A DNA stretch of 64,000 bases from a virus. Taxonomy: Duplodnaviria; Caudoviricetes. Positions within the stretch are counted from its first letter, which is position 1; every line of letters starts with the position of its first letter. Shown here piece by piece: positions 39,459-48,590 of the stretch. The position numbers and the translations under genes are program-made. The DNA lies in IMG/VR virus record IMGVR_UViG_3300014204_000151, positions 21,938 through 85,937 of that record; one strand, given 5' to 3'. Below the pieces are notes generated by a model. The model saw only the letters and a list, made by a program, of their open reading frames with translations, was not told the DNA's origin and did no database searches.

Positions 39459-40088
39459 TTAAAATTGTAATAACATCGAATTCATTCCAGCTTTATTTAT
39501 CAATTCCTCATCCATATAATTATCAAATTCTTCTATAGACTTAAACATTCTTTCCCACTTTTCATCTTTTAATGTATCTAACGATAAATAAGTTGTAATT
39601 GCCGCGGTATAATTCAAAAGCTGATTCTCAAGAGAAAATTCTAATAATAATGTTTTTTGAGTTTCTAATGTCTGCTTCTCTTTTATTAACTCATCTAATT
39701 GTTTTTTATATTCTTTCAAAATTAAATCAGATTCCTTTTTAGATAATGATTCTCCAAGTTTTAACTGTACATCTAAAATTTTTGCTTGTAGTTTCTTCAC
39801 GGGATTGTCTATCTCGGATTCTATATCAATTCCTTTTAATTTATAATTCTTAATGAGTTCTTTTTCCAATAAAATATCTTTATCCTGAAGAAGTTCTCCA
39901 AACTTTTTTCTTCGCAATCCATCCAATTCTATTTTTTCTTTATAAGATAATAAATGTACTCTATATTTTAATTCGTTATGCTCAAAAATTATAAAATTGT
40001 TCTTAACCATCTCCGCTATTTCATTTAAATTTATTTCTTTATTCATAGATTCTACTATTTCTTTTGCTTCTACCATTCTATCTTCCAT
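39459..40088 (-). CDS. Putative tail assembly chaperone
   Basis: Between tail tube and tape measure; acidic coiled coil. Confidence 0.5.
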   Translation of the reverse strand: MEDRMVEAKEIVESMNKEINLNEIAEMVKNNFIIFEHNELKYRVHLLSYKEKIELDGLRRKKFGELLQDKDILLEKELIKNYKLKGIDIESEIDNPVKKLQAKILDVQLKLGESLSKKESDLILKEYKKQLDELIKEKQTLETQKTLLLEFSLENQLLNYTAAITTYLSLDTLKDEKWERMFKSIEEFDNYMDEELINKAGMNSMLLQF

Positions 40089-40091
40089 ACA

Positions 40092-40343
40092 TTACTCCTT
40101 ATTATCTATGCGGGTTTGTAATAAAATTTTTCCATCTGCAAAAATATCATACAGATTTCTACACCACTCGTACTGTAGCTCCTTAATTGCTCGCTTGATG
40201 TCCTCTTTATTATCAGAAATCTCGAACCTCTTCATAGAAGTACCAATTAGTTTTTTACTCTCTTGATTTAAAATAAATTTAAATGTGTCTAAATTTATGG
40301 TAATTTTATTGTCCATTGTAACTCCAAAAGCAAAAAAGCGCAC
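40092..40343 (-). CDS. Hypothetical protein (probable start ATG 40316)
   Basis: GGAG SD before MDNK. Confidence 0.55.
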   Translation of the reverse strand: MRFFAFGVTMDNKITINLDTFKFILNQESKKLIGTSMKRFEISDNKEDIKRAIKELQYEWCRNLYDIFADGKILLQTRIDNKE

Positions 40344-40379
40344 CTTGAGCCATCGACCCAGTCAACGCCCTTAATGCGC
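40332..40379 (-). terminator. Long imperfect GC-rich hairpin with U tract after the tail tube gene
   Basis: - strand GCGCATT..GGGC..TTGAC-TGG-GTCGA..GCTC..GGTGCGC followed by TTTTTT. Confidence 0.55.
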
Positions 40380-40478
40380 TCTGCATAATTATGCTATTAT
40401 TTTTAGAAATACCTAAATAATTATTCATTATAAATTCTCCATACAAAAACATTTTTCACCATACATTTGAAACTTTGG

Positions 40479-40502
40479 GAGGGGAGAAATTAATCTCCCC
40501 TC
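40479..40502. repeat. Conserved hairpin GAGGGGAGA-AATTAA-TCTCCCCTC, copy 1
   Basis: Near-identical copies at 45539 and 56387. Confidence 0.85.
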
Positions 40503-40518
40503 TTAAAAAAACTATCAC

Positions 40519-41736
40519 TTATGAAAATACGATCTCACTTTCCTCATCACTAATAGTCATGTTGTCAGTAGTAAGAGAATTGGTCATTTTTCCATAATCC
40601 TGCTGTGCTTGAGAAGTTCCTAAAGACGCTGGAGAAATTCCGGTCATCAGGTATCCAATTTTGAATGTGGAATGTTCCTTCTCATTATAAACCTTAACCA
40701 TAAGCTGAATATTATCCACAAAATCTCTTGGATTGATATAAGGATATGTTGGATCTCCTGCCAAAATTTCTTCCAAAGAAAAATTCTCGGCATACCTATC
40801 CAAAGAAATTGTTACCGTGGTATCTTTTACACCAAACTGAACCATTTCAGAATTACCAATCTCACGATAATCAGTTCTGTCAAACTTTACATCCAATCCA
40901 ACCGATTGAAGCCTGTATATTCTCTGAGAAGTACCAACTTTCATAAGAATTTCGCAGTTCTCGGCTATCAAAGCCGCTGGATCTGAATTGTTATCTGTCC
41001 ACGTGGTTGTATAAGCTGTATCAGAAGGATAAAATACTTTTACAACATCTCCAAGTAAACAACTTTGAACCGTAACCTTATGCGTAGAATTGCTATAAGC
41101 ATAAGTATCATCACCAGTTCCTTCAGCAATTTCAGTTACCACTCCACTCCTAATTCTTAATACTCTAAAAATATAATTAGTAGCAGTAAATAAAATAGCT
41201 ATAGGAGATAATGTTACTTCCAAAGGAGCTTCTCCAGAAGTTACTGAAGTAGCAGTTTCATAAGAAAAATATTTTTCTGGTATGATTTTAAAATCTTCAC
41301 CAACCAAATCAAATTTCCTCTGCATTATAGCATCAGGGGTGGAAACATTCAAAGAAAATCCACTCACCCTAAGTTTTGGAAACCAAATACTTCCAACGAA
41401 AGTATCATTATCATCGGTCAAAAAAGCGGCCATCTCTGTTGCTGTAGACTTGAAATCATCTAAATCAACATAGTGGTCATCCCCCGACCCCGGTGTTACC
41501 TTATTAGCTAAAGACCTCCAAAAAGACATTGACCCGTATTCTTCCTGAGTCATAGACCAAGTTAAATTCGGAGTCTTCTTTATCCATCCAACCAACTTCT
41601 CACGCCCAATTTCATTTACTTTTTCCCTATTCAAAGTCAAATCGCCACCAATGTCCTGAGACCTATCAATTTGTTCTGGCGGTCTGATTGAATTCCAGGG
41701 AAACACCCTCGGTTTGTAATATTTTGCATTAATCAT
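40519..41736 (-). CDS. Putative major tail (tube) protein with C-terminal Ig-like extension
   Basis: 405 aa, position between neck genes and chaperones/tape measure. Confidence 0.65.
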   Translation of the reverse strand: MINAKYYKPRVFPWNSIRPPEQIDRSQDIGGDLTLNREKVNEIGREKLVGWIKKTPNLTWSMTQEEYGSMSFWRSLANKVTPGSGDDHYVDLDDFKSTATEMAAFLTDDNDTFVGSIWFPKLRVSGFSLNVSTPDAIMQRKFDLVGEDFKIIPEKYFSYETATSVTSGEAPLEVTLSPIAILFTATNYIFRVLRIRSGVVTEIAEGTGDDTYAYSNSTHKVTVQSCLLGDVVKVFYPSDTAYTTTWTDNNSDPAALIAENCEILMKVGTSQRIYRLQSVGLDVKFDRTDYREIGNSEMVQFGVKDTTVTISLDRYAENFSLEEILAGDPTYPYINPRDFVDNIQLMVKVYNEKEHSTFKIGYLMTGISPASLGTSQAQQDYGKMTNSLTTDNMTISDEESEIVFS

Positions 41737-41865
41737 TTTTGAAAATCCTCCTCTGATTTTTTTAATGATTGGTTTCTACTCTTCTTCATAAGAGTATTTT
41801 TATCCTACCTTACATTTATTAAACATATAATTTATCTTTTCTATGTTTTATTAATACCATACAAT

Positions 41866-42117
41866 TTAATTTCCATGATTAGCACTACATCTCCCTTCCT
41901 GTTTGGCTATTCTTTCAGATGTGCGTTCTTGCCTATCTTCAATTCTAAGCAAAGAATCTTTAATTTCTTTTTGATTTATAGCCATCTGAATCTTCATATC
42001 TTCTTGACTTTTTTGCAAATGGAGCATGTCGTTGAATTTGATTATACAGAAGCAAGCAACATTAAATCCTGCAATAATCAAAGCCGAAGCACTAAAAATA
42101 ACTGTTAACCAATCCAC
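41866..42117 (-). CDS. Single-TM coiled-coil protein, holin/XhlA-like
   Basis: N-terminal TM then coiled coil ...IAKQEG. Confidence 0.45.
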   Translation of the reverse strand: MDWLTVIFSASALIIAGFNVACFCIIKFNDMLHLQKSQEDMKIQMAINQKEIKDSLLRIEDRQERTSERIAKQEGRCSANHGN

Positions 42118-42129
42118 AAATCCCTCCTT

Positions 42130-42663
42130 TTAAGTTAAAGCAATTCTACACTTCAATGAAATCTTTTGCCTATAACGGTCTTCCTTCTCTAATGTATTTG
42201 GATCTGTATTATTGAATTCTTTTTTATCCTCTAAAATCTTTTCTATTACTATTTTTCCTTTTAATGTTTTATTTATTACTATTCCATTATCAATTTCGTA
42301 TTCATAATAATCTGGATTATGCTCAAAAATCCCATGTTTACCAACTAAAAAATCATCGAGATCTTCTCTAATCCCATCTCCCGTCCCAAACACCCTGATA
42401 TAAACTACATAATAACGCAAATTTCTATGTCCACCAATCTCTAATGGTGTAAACGTCCTGTCAACAATATTTATTAAAATACACGGAAGCTCTCCTTTAT
42501 AAACTTCAGACATCGTTTTTACAACACGAATCTCAGTCCAGTCTTCTTCAGCCAATTCTTCAGAAAGAAAATCCAAAAGGCTGGCCTCAATATTTCTACA
42601 CTCGCGATACTTTCGCATGGATAATCTCCTCATAATATTTCTTCCAGTATTCTCTTTTTCCAT
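42130..42663 (-). CDS. Putative tail terminator/completion protein (start probably downstream of 42663)
   Basis: Acidic, LPCILINI pattern, position before the tail tube. Confidence 0.5.
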   Translation of the reverse strand: MEKENTGRNIMRRLSMRKYRECRNIEASLLDFLSEELAEEDWTEIRVVKTMSEVYKGELPCILINIVDRTFTPLEIGGHRNLRYYVVYIRVFGTGDGIREDLDDFLVGKHGIFEHNPDYYEYEIDNGIVINKTLKGKIVIEKILEDKKEFNNTDPNTLEKEDRYRQKISLKCRIALT

Positions 42664-43456
42664 TAGTCATAGAATGACAACTTCTACAAAGAGAAATCAA
42701 ATTATATATATCACAGTTTTGTTTATTATAATCAATATGATGAATATCTAACATTTTTCCATTTTCTAATTGAGAACATCCACAACCTTGACATCTATAA
42801 TTATCTCTAAATCTAACTCGTTCTTTTAAATCTGAATCAAATTCTTGACTATATTCTCCAAATGAACTCCCATTATTCCAATTTGGATTTAATTTTCCCT
42901 TTAAATTTTCTGTTTTCCATAAATAGAAACGTTCTTTATTACAAAAAAAATCTTTTGTATATTTTATACGATTTGGATATATTTCTATTATTTTTCCACA
43001 ATAGGAACAATTAATTTTTAATTTTTCTTTATAATTTGGATTATTTATACCAGTTATGTATAGTCTTTTTTTACCGAACATAGGATTTAATTCGCCTATA
43101 TGGCAATACCCCCTAGATTCAATTTTAAAATACTTAAACCTCCGACAAACGGCTGATTCAGAAATTTTATATTTATCTGCAATTTCTTGCATAGTTAATT
43201 TATTAACATAATATTCTTCAATTAAACTATCTTTTGTTAATTCTTTAGCATTGTTTCTAAATTTCCAATATTGAATTAATTTTGATTCTTTATTATTTCT
43301 AACTTCTATATTAAATTTTCTTAAAAATTTTAAAACCGTATCATCACTACAAAAACATTCTTCTGCAATTTTCCTGGCCGATTTTTGATTTTTTATATAT
43401 TCTTGAACTAAAAAACTTTCGGTTAATATTTTTTTAATTAGTTTATTTCTCACCAT
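42596..43456 (-). CDS. HNH homing endonuclease with HTH repeats
   Basis: RFRDNYRCQGCG...LDIHHIDYNK...NLISLCRSCH; paralogous to 3469..4197. Confidence 0.85.
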   Translation of the reverse strand: MVRNKLIKKILTESFLVQEYIKNQKSARKIAEECFCSDDTVLKFLRKFNIEVRNNKESKLIQYWKFRNNAKELTKDSLIEEYYVNKLTMQEIADKYKISESAVCRRFKYFKIESRGYCHIGELNPMFGKKRLYITGINNPNYKEKLKINCSYCGKIIEIYPNRIKYTKDFFCNKERFYLWKTENLKGKLNPNWNNGSSFGEYSQEFDSDLKERVRFRDNYRCQGCGCSQLENGKMLDIHHIDYNKQNCDIYNLISLCRSCHSMTNGKREYWKKYYEEIIHAKVSRV

Positions 43457-43458
43457 AT

Positions 43459-44010
43459 CTATTTCCCCATTCCTTGTATAATAGAACCACCAAATTTAAT
43501 TATAATATCATCCAACTCTGTTTCCAATTTTCTCAATGCAGAATCTATATAATCAATACCTTCTATTGCTTTTTTTGCTTTAAACGTAAATTTACCGCCT
43601 CCAACTTGCCACTGTCCTTCTCTAAAATTTGCTGGATTTGGCTCTGCTACTCCCGGAGCAAAAGACCCAAGGGGAACAAAATTTCCATTATTCGGAATAA
43701 ATCCGCCGGAATCCAAAACCTCGAAATATGGGGCCTCTGTTTTTAATTTATCAACATTACCAATTCCAATTATAAGTTCTTTACCGGGATTATTTAAAAC
43801 TTCTTCCCAATCTATAGCATTTTCTAATTTATGTGTACCTAAATCCGGTCTTTTTTTATTTTCTACAATAGTATTTCTCATTCTTTCTACTGTAGTTTCT
43901 GCTAACCCAGTCGCCTCAGCTTCTAATCTAACAAAAGACAAATTTTCTATATACCTAATAAGCCTCTTAAATCCTTCTTTTCCTGCCCATTCTACAGATA
44001 AATTTAACAT
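43459..44010 (-). CDS. Putative neck protein (HK97 gp10-like)
   Basis: Y.EVLDSGG pattern; position in the neck cluster. Confidence 0.5.
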   Translation of the reverse strand: MLNLSVEWAGKEGFKRLIRYIENLSFVRLEAEATGLAETTVERMRNTIVENKKRPDLGTHKLENAIDWEEVLNNPGKELIIGIGNVDKLKTEAPYFEVLDSGGFIPNNGNFVPLGSFAPGVAEPNPANFREGQWQVGGGKFTFKAKKAIEGIDYIDSALRKLETELDDIIIKFGGSIIQGMGK

Positions 44011-44013
44011 ATT

Positions 44014-44418
44014 TTACTCAGTAAAATTGTCTATGTTAACATTTTTTAATTTTAAAATAACCACCAAATAATCTGCCCTCGAAATTATTCCAAACCCTTT
44101 ACTATCATCGTGATATACTTTAAAAAACTCATCGCCAATCTTTATTTTATCTGCCGTTGTTAATAATGTTTTATATTTCTTTTCACAAAGAATTTCTTTT
44201 GACCCTATCGGCATATTACCATAATATTTCCAAGTTAACGCTTCTGTAGATACGTTTCTAACATAACCCAAAATAGTTAAAGGATTCAAAAAAGTAATAT
44301 CCTTTGTTTTTTCATAAGGGTCATTTTCTACTTTTACTGAAGGATATACTAATATTTTATCAAGCTTTCCTTCATTTTTAAGTAAATCAAAAATATTAAT
44401 TCTCTTATCAATACTCAT
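44014..44418 (-). CDS. Putative head-closure protein
   Basis: Size and synteny after the adaptor. Confidence 0.45.
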   Translation of the reverse strand: MSIDKRINIFDLLKNEGKLDKILVYPSVKVENDPYEKTKDITFLNPLTILGYVRNVSTEALTWKYYGNMPIGSKEILCEKKYKTLLTTADKIKIGDEFFKVYHDDSKGFGIISRADYLVVILKLKNVNIDNFTE

Positions 44419-44427
44419 TTTTATCCT

Positions 44428-45027
44428 TTATTCTGAATCCTGGTCTTCGTATACTTCCCAAGTATAATCCAAATCCACATATTTCATAGTTCCATAATTT
44501 TTTGAGAATTTACTAATACAAGACTTTATTTTTTGCTCAACAGATAAACTCTCACCAAATACCAAATTTATTTCCGGTGTTCGATAAGACCTAACATTTC
44601 CACTTATTAAAATAGAAGCTACTAACGCTATTAAATTTTCTTGTGGAACAGTTGGAACTGGAGAAATTGTTTCTCCAGAAACTATTATAAATTGTCCAAA
44701 TTGTTCAACCGATAAACGATACAAAGCCGCTCTAATAAATCCGCTAATCTCATTTTCAGAGTACTTCTGATAATAAGAATACGTAACCGTCAACACATCT
44801 CCCACAGTAATTGTTCCTGTTACCGTAATAGAAGCTGTATCATCATCGTAGGTATAATTAGTTCCCGCCCACAAAGTTCCATTTTTATAAACCTTTATAC
44901 TGCTTGACTCCACATTTCCAGAAGATAATGTAAAAACTTTAGATGTTATATACTCAAAAACATCTCTTCCATTGGTTTGCAAAATATCGTTTATCAAATC
45001 TCTAACTTTGGAAATAATGGCTTCCAT
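44428..45027 (-). CDS. Putative head-tail adaptor with inserted Ig-like domain
   Basis: FTL...IKVYKNGT...YTYD...ITVGD.LTVTY insert; VR..I.D N-terminus. Confidence 0.5.
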   Translation of the reverse strand: MEAIISKVRDLINDILQTNGRDVFEYITSKVFTLSSGNVESSSIKVYKNGTLWAGTNYTYDDDTASITVTGTITVGDVLTVTYSYYQKYSENEISGFIRAALYRLSVEQFGQFIIVSGETISPVPTVPQENLIALVASILISGNVRSYRTPEINLVFGESLSVEQKIKSCISKFSKNYGTMKYVDLDYTWEVYEDQDSE

Positions 45028-45036
45028 ACTATCCCC

Positions 45037-45498
45037 TTATTTTTTATTTAAAATAATCAAAATTTCTTTTCCTCTAAATCCACCTATTGAAAATCCTTCT
45101 TTTGGAATATATCTTTTTTGGCTACCGATCATTGTAGTATTTAATAATTCATTTACTATAGGATTGTTTTGCTTAACTTTAAGATAAAGCTCCATATTAC
45201 TAAAGTTTGACTTTAAAAAATCTATATAAATTTTATAATCACAATTATTCTTTACCAAAAATTTAATATAAGGACGAAATGGCTTTTTTATGTATAATAA
45301 CATTAATGATTCTATTTCTTTATTTTTTATAGCAAATACTTGCTGACTTTTTAATAATTTCTGTATTAATGTTGAGTCTTTTCTTAAAAAAATTCTCTTA
45401 TTATTTTTTGTAATATAAAAATCAAAGTAAACATCTTTGGTTTTATTTACAAAATCTAATACGTCTAAAGTATCTTTAATAGAAAGTTTTTGTATCAT
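45037..45498 (-). CDS. Hypothetical protein
   Basis: ORF track. Confidence 0.55.
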   Translation of the reverse strand: MIQKLSIKDTLDVLDFVNKTKDVYFDFYITKNNKRIFLRKDSTLIQKLLKSQQVFAIKNKEIESLMLLYIKKPFRPYIKFLVKNNCDYKIYIDFLKSNFSNMELYLKVKQNNPIVNELLNTTMIGSQKRYIPKEGFSIGGFRGKEILIILNKK

Positions 45499-45538
45499 AT
45501 TATCCTGTGAAATTGATTTTTTATAATTTTATATTTGG

Positions 45539-45566
45539 GAGAGGGGAGAAACTAATCTCCCCTCTC
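45539..45566. repeat. Conserved hairpin, copy 2 (after the capsid gene)
   Basis: GAGAGGGGAGA-AACTAA-TCTCCCCTCTC. Confidence 0.85.
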
Positions 45567-45581
45567 TTTGTTAACTATAGC

Positions 45582-46499
45582 TTACGCTATGATAGTATCG
45601 CTAAAACTAATCGCTCTGTAGTTAGTAAGAACAGAAATTTGCGACTCGTATCCGAAACAAGCATACCCGAGAGTATTCTTTCCATCCGCATTGATAACCG
45701 AAGGAGTTTTCGCAATATCAATCAAACGAACTGCACCTTCAGTAGCACCGCTCAACTCAGCTATTTCTTTTGAAAACTTCCTACGAAGCAAAGTCAACGG
45801 TTTTCCCATGGCAAGAGAAGAATCCCTACCAACCAATATTGCTTTACCAGCCGCCAATACCGGAGTAGCATTAACTTCACCTATTACTTTAACTACTTTT
45901 TCAATTCCCAGCGTCTTAAACATATCGAAAATTGAAAGTTTATAGTTAAAAGTAGAAACATTATCCTTATCATAAGTTTCAATAGCATTAGCTACATCGG
46001 AAGCGACCATCAATACATAGTTGGTAGCATAATTAGAAACTAACTGCTTCATCCTTATGACAACATCCAAAAGATCTTCCCCTGAAACTTTGGTAATTTC
46101 CTGAGAAGGTACTCCAAGACAAAGATTAAATATGCGCCGAACCTCTTCTTTGTCCATAGAACGAATTATTCCATCTTTCTTAGCCGCTAATGCACTCTGA
46201 TCTTTTGAGTTGAGAATCTCATCAATCAAAATGGTTTCAAGCTTTGACTGCTCTCCAACAAAGGCAATAGGAGTAACCGTTCCAAGAGTAATTTTGTGAT
46301 ACGTCAAACTACCCGCTGCATCCGCAGTATAAATATCATCTACGTCCGCCCTATCGCTCGCAAAATACTCAACCGTTTCACCCGCTTCTGATTCTTTGTA
46401 ATTCACGATGTCCTGCAACTCCACAGGACAACGCAGATTCGGGTCAATAGGTTCATTTATTAACTGATACGCCCTGTCAATAACATCTTTTCTTTCCAT
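45582..46499 (-). CDS. Major capsid protein (probable HK97 fold)
   Basis: 305 aa directly after the protease/scaffold gene; typical capsid composition. Confidence 0.7.
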   Translation of the reverse strand: MERKDVIDRAYQLINEPIDPNLRCPVELQDIVNYKESEAGETVEYFASDRADVDDIYTADAAGSLTYHKITLGTVTPIAFVGEQSKLETILIDEILNSKDQSALAAKKDGIIRSMDKEEVRRIFNLCLGVPSQEITKVSGEDLLDVVIRMKQLVSNYATNYVLMVASDVANAIETYDKDNVSTFNYKLSIFDMFKTLGIEKVVKVIGEVNATPVLAAGKAILVGRDSSLAMGKPLTLLRRKFSKEIAELSGATEGAVRLIDIAKTPSVINADGKNTLGYACFGYESQISVLTNYRAISFSDTIIA

Positions 46500-46515
46500 T
46501 TGTATATTCTCCTAT

Positions 46516-47901
46516 TTATTTCTGGTGTTTTCGAGCTATGATTTTATTAATTTCATCAGCTCTCTGTTTAATTTCATTGTTATCTTTAACTTCTGCATTT
46601 CCAATAGTTAACTCTGGAGTAGAATTATTAACATTTTCCTCAGCTTTAACTTTGGTCAAATTAGCTATCTCTTGATTTTTAGAATCAAGACTTGTTTTAA
46701 TACTTGCAATTTCTTTATCTTTTTCCTGCAACACCTTTTCTTGCTCTGATTTAAGAATAGCAATTTCGGCATCTTTTTCAGATTTAACCGCATTTACTTT
46801 TTCCTCTACCTCGGCAAAAGAATAGGTTTGAACCAAAACACTTTCTTCCTCAACCTCATCTTTAGTCCCATCACTATACTCTGTTACCTTTTTACGATAA
46901 CATTTTCCTTCTTCAGTTCCAGAAGGAGTTCCATCCACAAAAGTAGAAGTTCTTACTTCTCGATATTCAGAAGTAATCTTTACAACCACTTTCGGTACTA
47001 CAGTTGTTACTTCTTGCGCCACAACCTCTTCTTTGGCTTCAACTACCGGAGTCTCAACTTTCGTTTCAGCGTCCTCAACGGACTTGGTTTCTGTTGATTC
47101 TTCAGCAACCTTAACCTCGGAATTGACTGCTTCCGCATTTATAACAACCTCATCTTTCTTTTCTTCACTATCCTTTACTTCTACATTCTCCACAGCATTT
47201 ACCTCCTTTATTATATTTTCTAAATTTTTAATTTCATTTAAATTTTCTACCGCCAAAGAAGCATAACATAAATCATTTTCAAATACTTTTTCAGAAATAT
47301 TATTAATCTCTTTATTATCTTTATTAGCAACCAATTTAAATATTTTAGCCTGTGGACACGCTGGTGGATGGGTCAATAAAAGTCCAGTTCCCGAACAATG
47401 TATCTTCGTAAGTTCATAAGTACCATCTGATAATTCTTTTACTATTGACTTTTTGGTTTTTACATCTATATTATAAATTTCAAATGATACAGCCGCTTCT
47501 TTAGTCTTTATTTTTTCTACCAATTCATCAAATTTATCTGGATAAAGAGAACGATAAAAAACTTGAATACACTCAATAGTATCATCTTCTACTTTTACCG
47601 ATAAACAAAATCCGCATACATTATAAGCCCCTAAATGCTCAAAATTCAAATTCTTTCCAACCAAAGTTTGAATTCCATCATTTACGGCTTTTTGGGGAAG
47701 TCTTACTCCATTCAAATTAACTTCTCCAACTTTAGCCCAGATAGTTTTAAAAATAGCAAAATCTGGAGATGGTATAACCAACCCCATTTTTTTAGCCGCT
47801 TCTACTATTTCTTTATCTAAACTTGCATCTTCAACTAAAACTGTAGTAGATTGTTTGGCTATTTCTAATAATAATCCTGATATTAATTTTTTATTCTCCA
47901 T
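46516..47901 (-). CDS. Prohead protease fused to scaffold
   Basis: NLNG, NFEHLG (His), AVSFE (Ser), followed by an acidic coiled-coil scaffold. Confidence 0.75.
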   Translation of the reverse strand: MENKKLISGLLLEIAKQSTTVLVEDASLDKEIVEAAKKMGLVIPSPDFAIFKTIWAKVGEVNLNGVRLPQKAVNDGIQTLVGKNLNFEHLGAYNVCGFCLSVKVEDDTIECIQVFYRSLYPDKFDELVEKIKTKEAAVSFEIYNIDVKTKKSIVKELSDGTYELTKIHCSGTGLLLTHPPACPQAKIFKLVANKDNKEINNISEKVFENDLCYASLAVENLNEIKNLENIIKEVNAVENVEVKDSEEKKDEVVINAEAVNSEVKVAEESTETKSVEDAETKVETPVVEAKEEVVAQEVTTVVPKVVVKITSEYREVRTSTFVDGTPSGTEEGKCYRKKVTEYSDGTKDEVEEESVLVQTYSFAEVEEKVNAVKSEKDAEIAILKSEQEKVLQEKDKEIASIKTSLDSKNQEIANLTKVKAEENVNNSTPELTIGNAEVKDNNEIKQRADEINKIIARKHQK

Positions 47902-48049
47902 TGTAACCCCTCCAAATAATTTGACTATACTATACTGGTTATTTGACCATTTGATACTGTTGAACTATCTACAAAGAAAAAGTTCTGATTACCAAAATTT
48001 ATACTTTTATCAATTAATCCTGACATAATATTAATCTCCTCATTTTTAT

Positions 48050-48574
48050 TTAATAGGTTACATACGTTTTAAAATAACAATCTTCACCTGTTCTTTGAGT
48101 CCAAATATTTGCTTCATCTCTTTCACAAGAACTCCCGTTCTCATAACCACCATTTGGATATTTTGCACGAACGTAAAATCCATCGCCAAGAACACTAAAC
48201 ACAATAGCATAAGAGGTTCCATTAACAACGTCCGGTGGAGTACTAAAAACTACCTCCACCTCAGCTCCTGGACTCTCTGTAGATAAACTTTCTCCAGAAA
48301 TATGTTTAAAAGCTAAAATATCTTCATCATTTGGTAGCCCATCAACAACACCTTGAATTTTTACTGTTACATCATTAATTCCCGATGGTTTCCATAATTT
48401 AACAACAACCCTAGTTAAGCTCCCAGTAACTCCCACTTGAAATATTTGAGCTTTGAATCCTGATTCCCCAACATATAAATCTGACGACTCTTCCAAATAA
48501 GACTGATCTAAATGCTCTTCAGGAGTAGGTGAAGATCTAAAAAACATCGGCATAGGACTATTTTCTCTTGACAT
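48050..48574 (-). CDS. Putative head decoration / beta-sandwich protein
   Basis: AQIF...G.LT.V.V.L...GLP...V.F..P......YAIVF pattern. Confidence 0.5.
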   Translation of the reverse strand: MSRENSPMPMFFRSSPTPEEHLDQSYLEESSDLYVGESGFKAQIFQVGVTGSLTRVVVKLWKPSGINDVTVKIQGVVDGLPNDEDILAFKHISGESLSTESPGAEVEVVFSTPPDVVNGTSYAIVFSVLGDGFYVRAKYPNGGYENGSSCERDEANIWTQRTGEDCYFKTYVTY

Positions 48575-48590
48575 AATATTTTACTCCTTA

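Noticed and set aside
39111-40088. Programmed -1 frameshift joining the tail chaperones
   Set aside because: The ORFs are in the same frame, separated by TAA-TAG, and I found no X-XXY-YYZ slippery site at the junction
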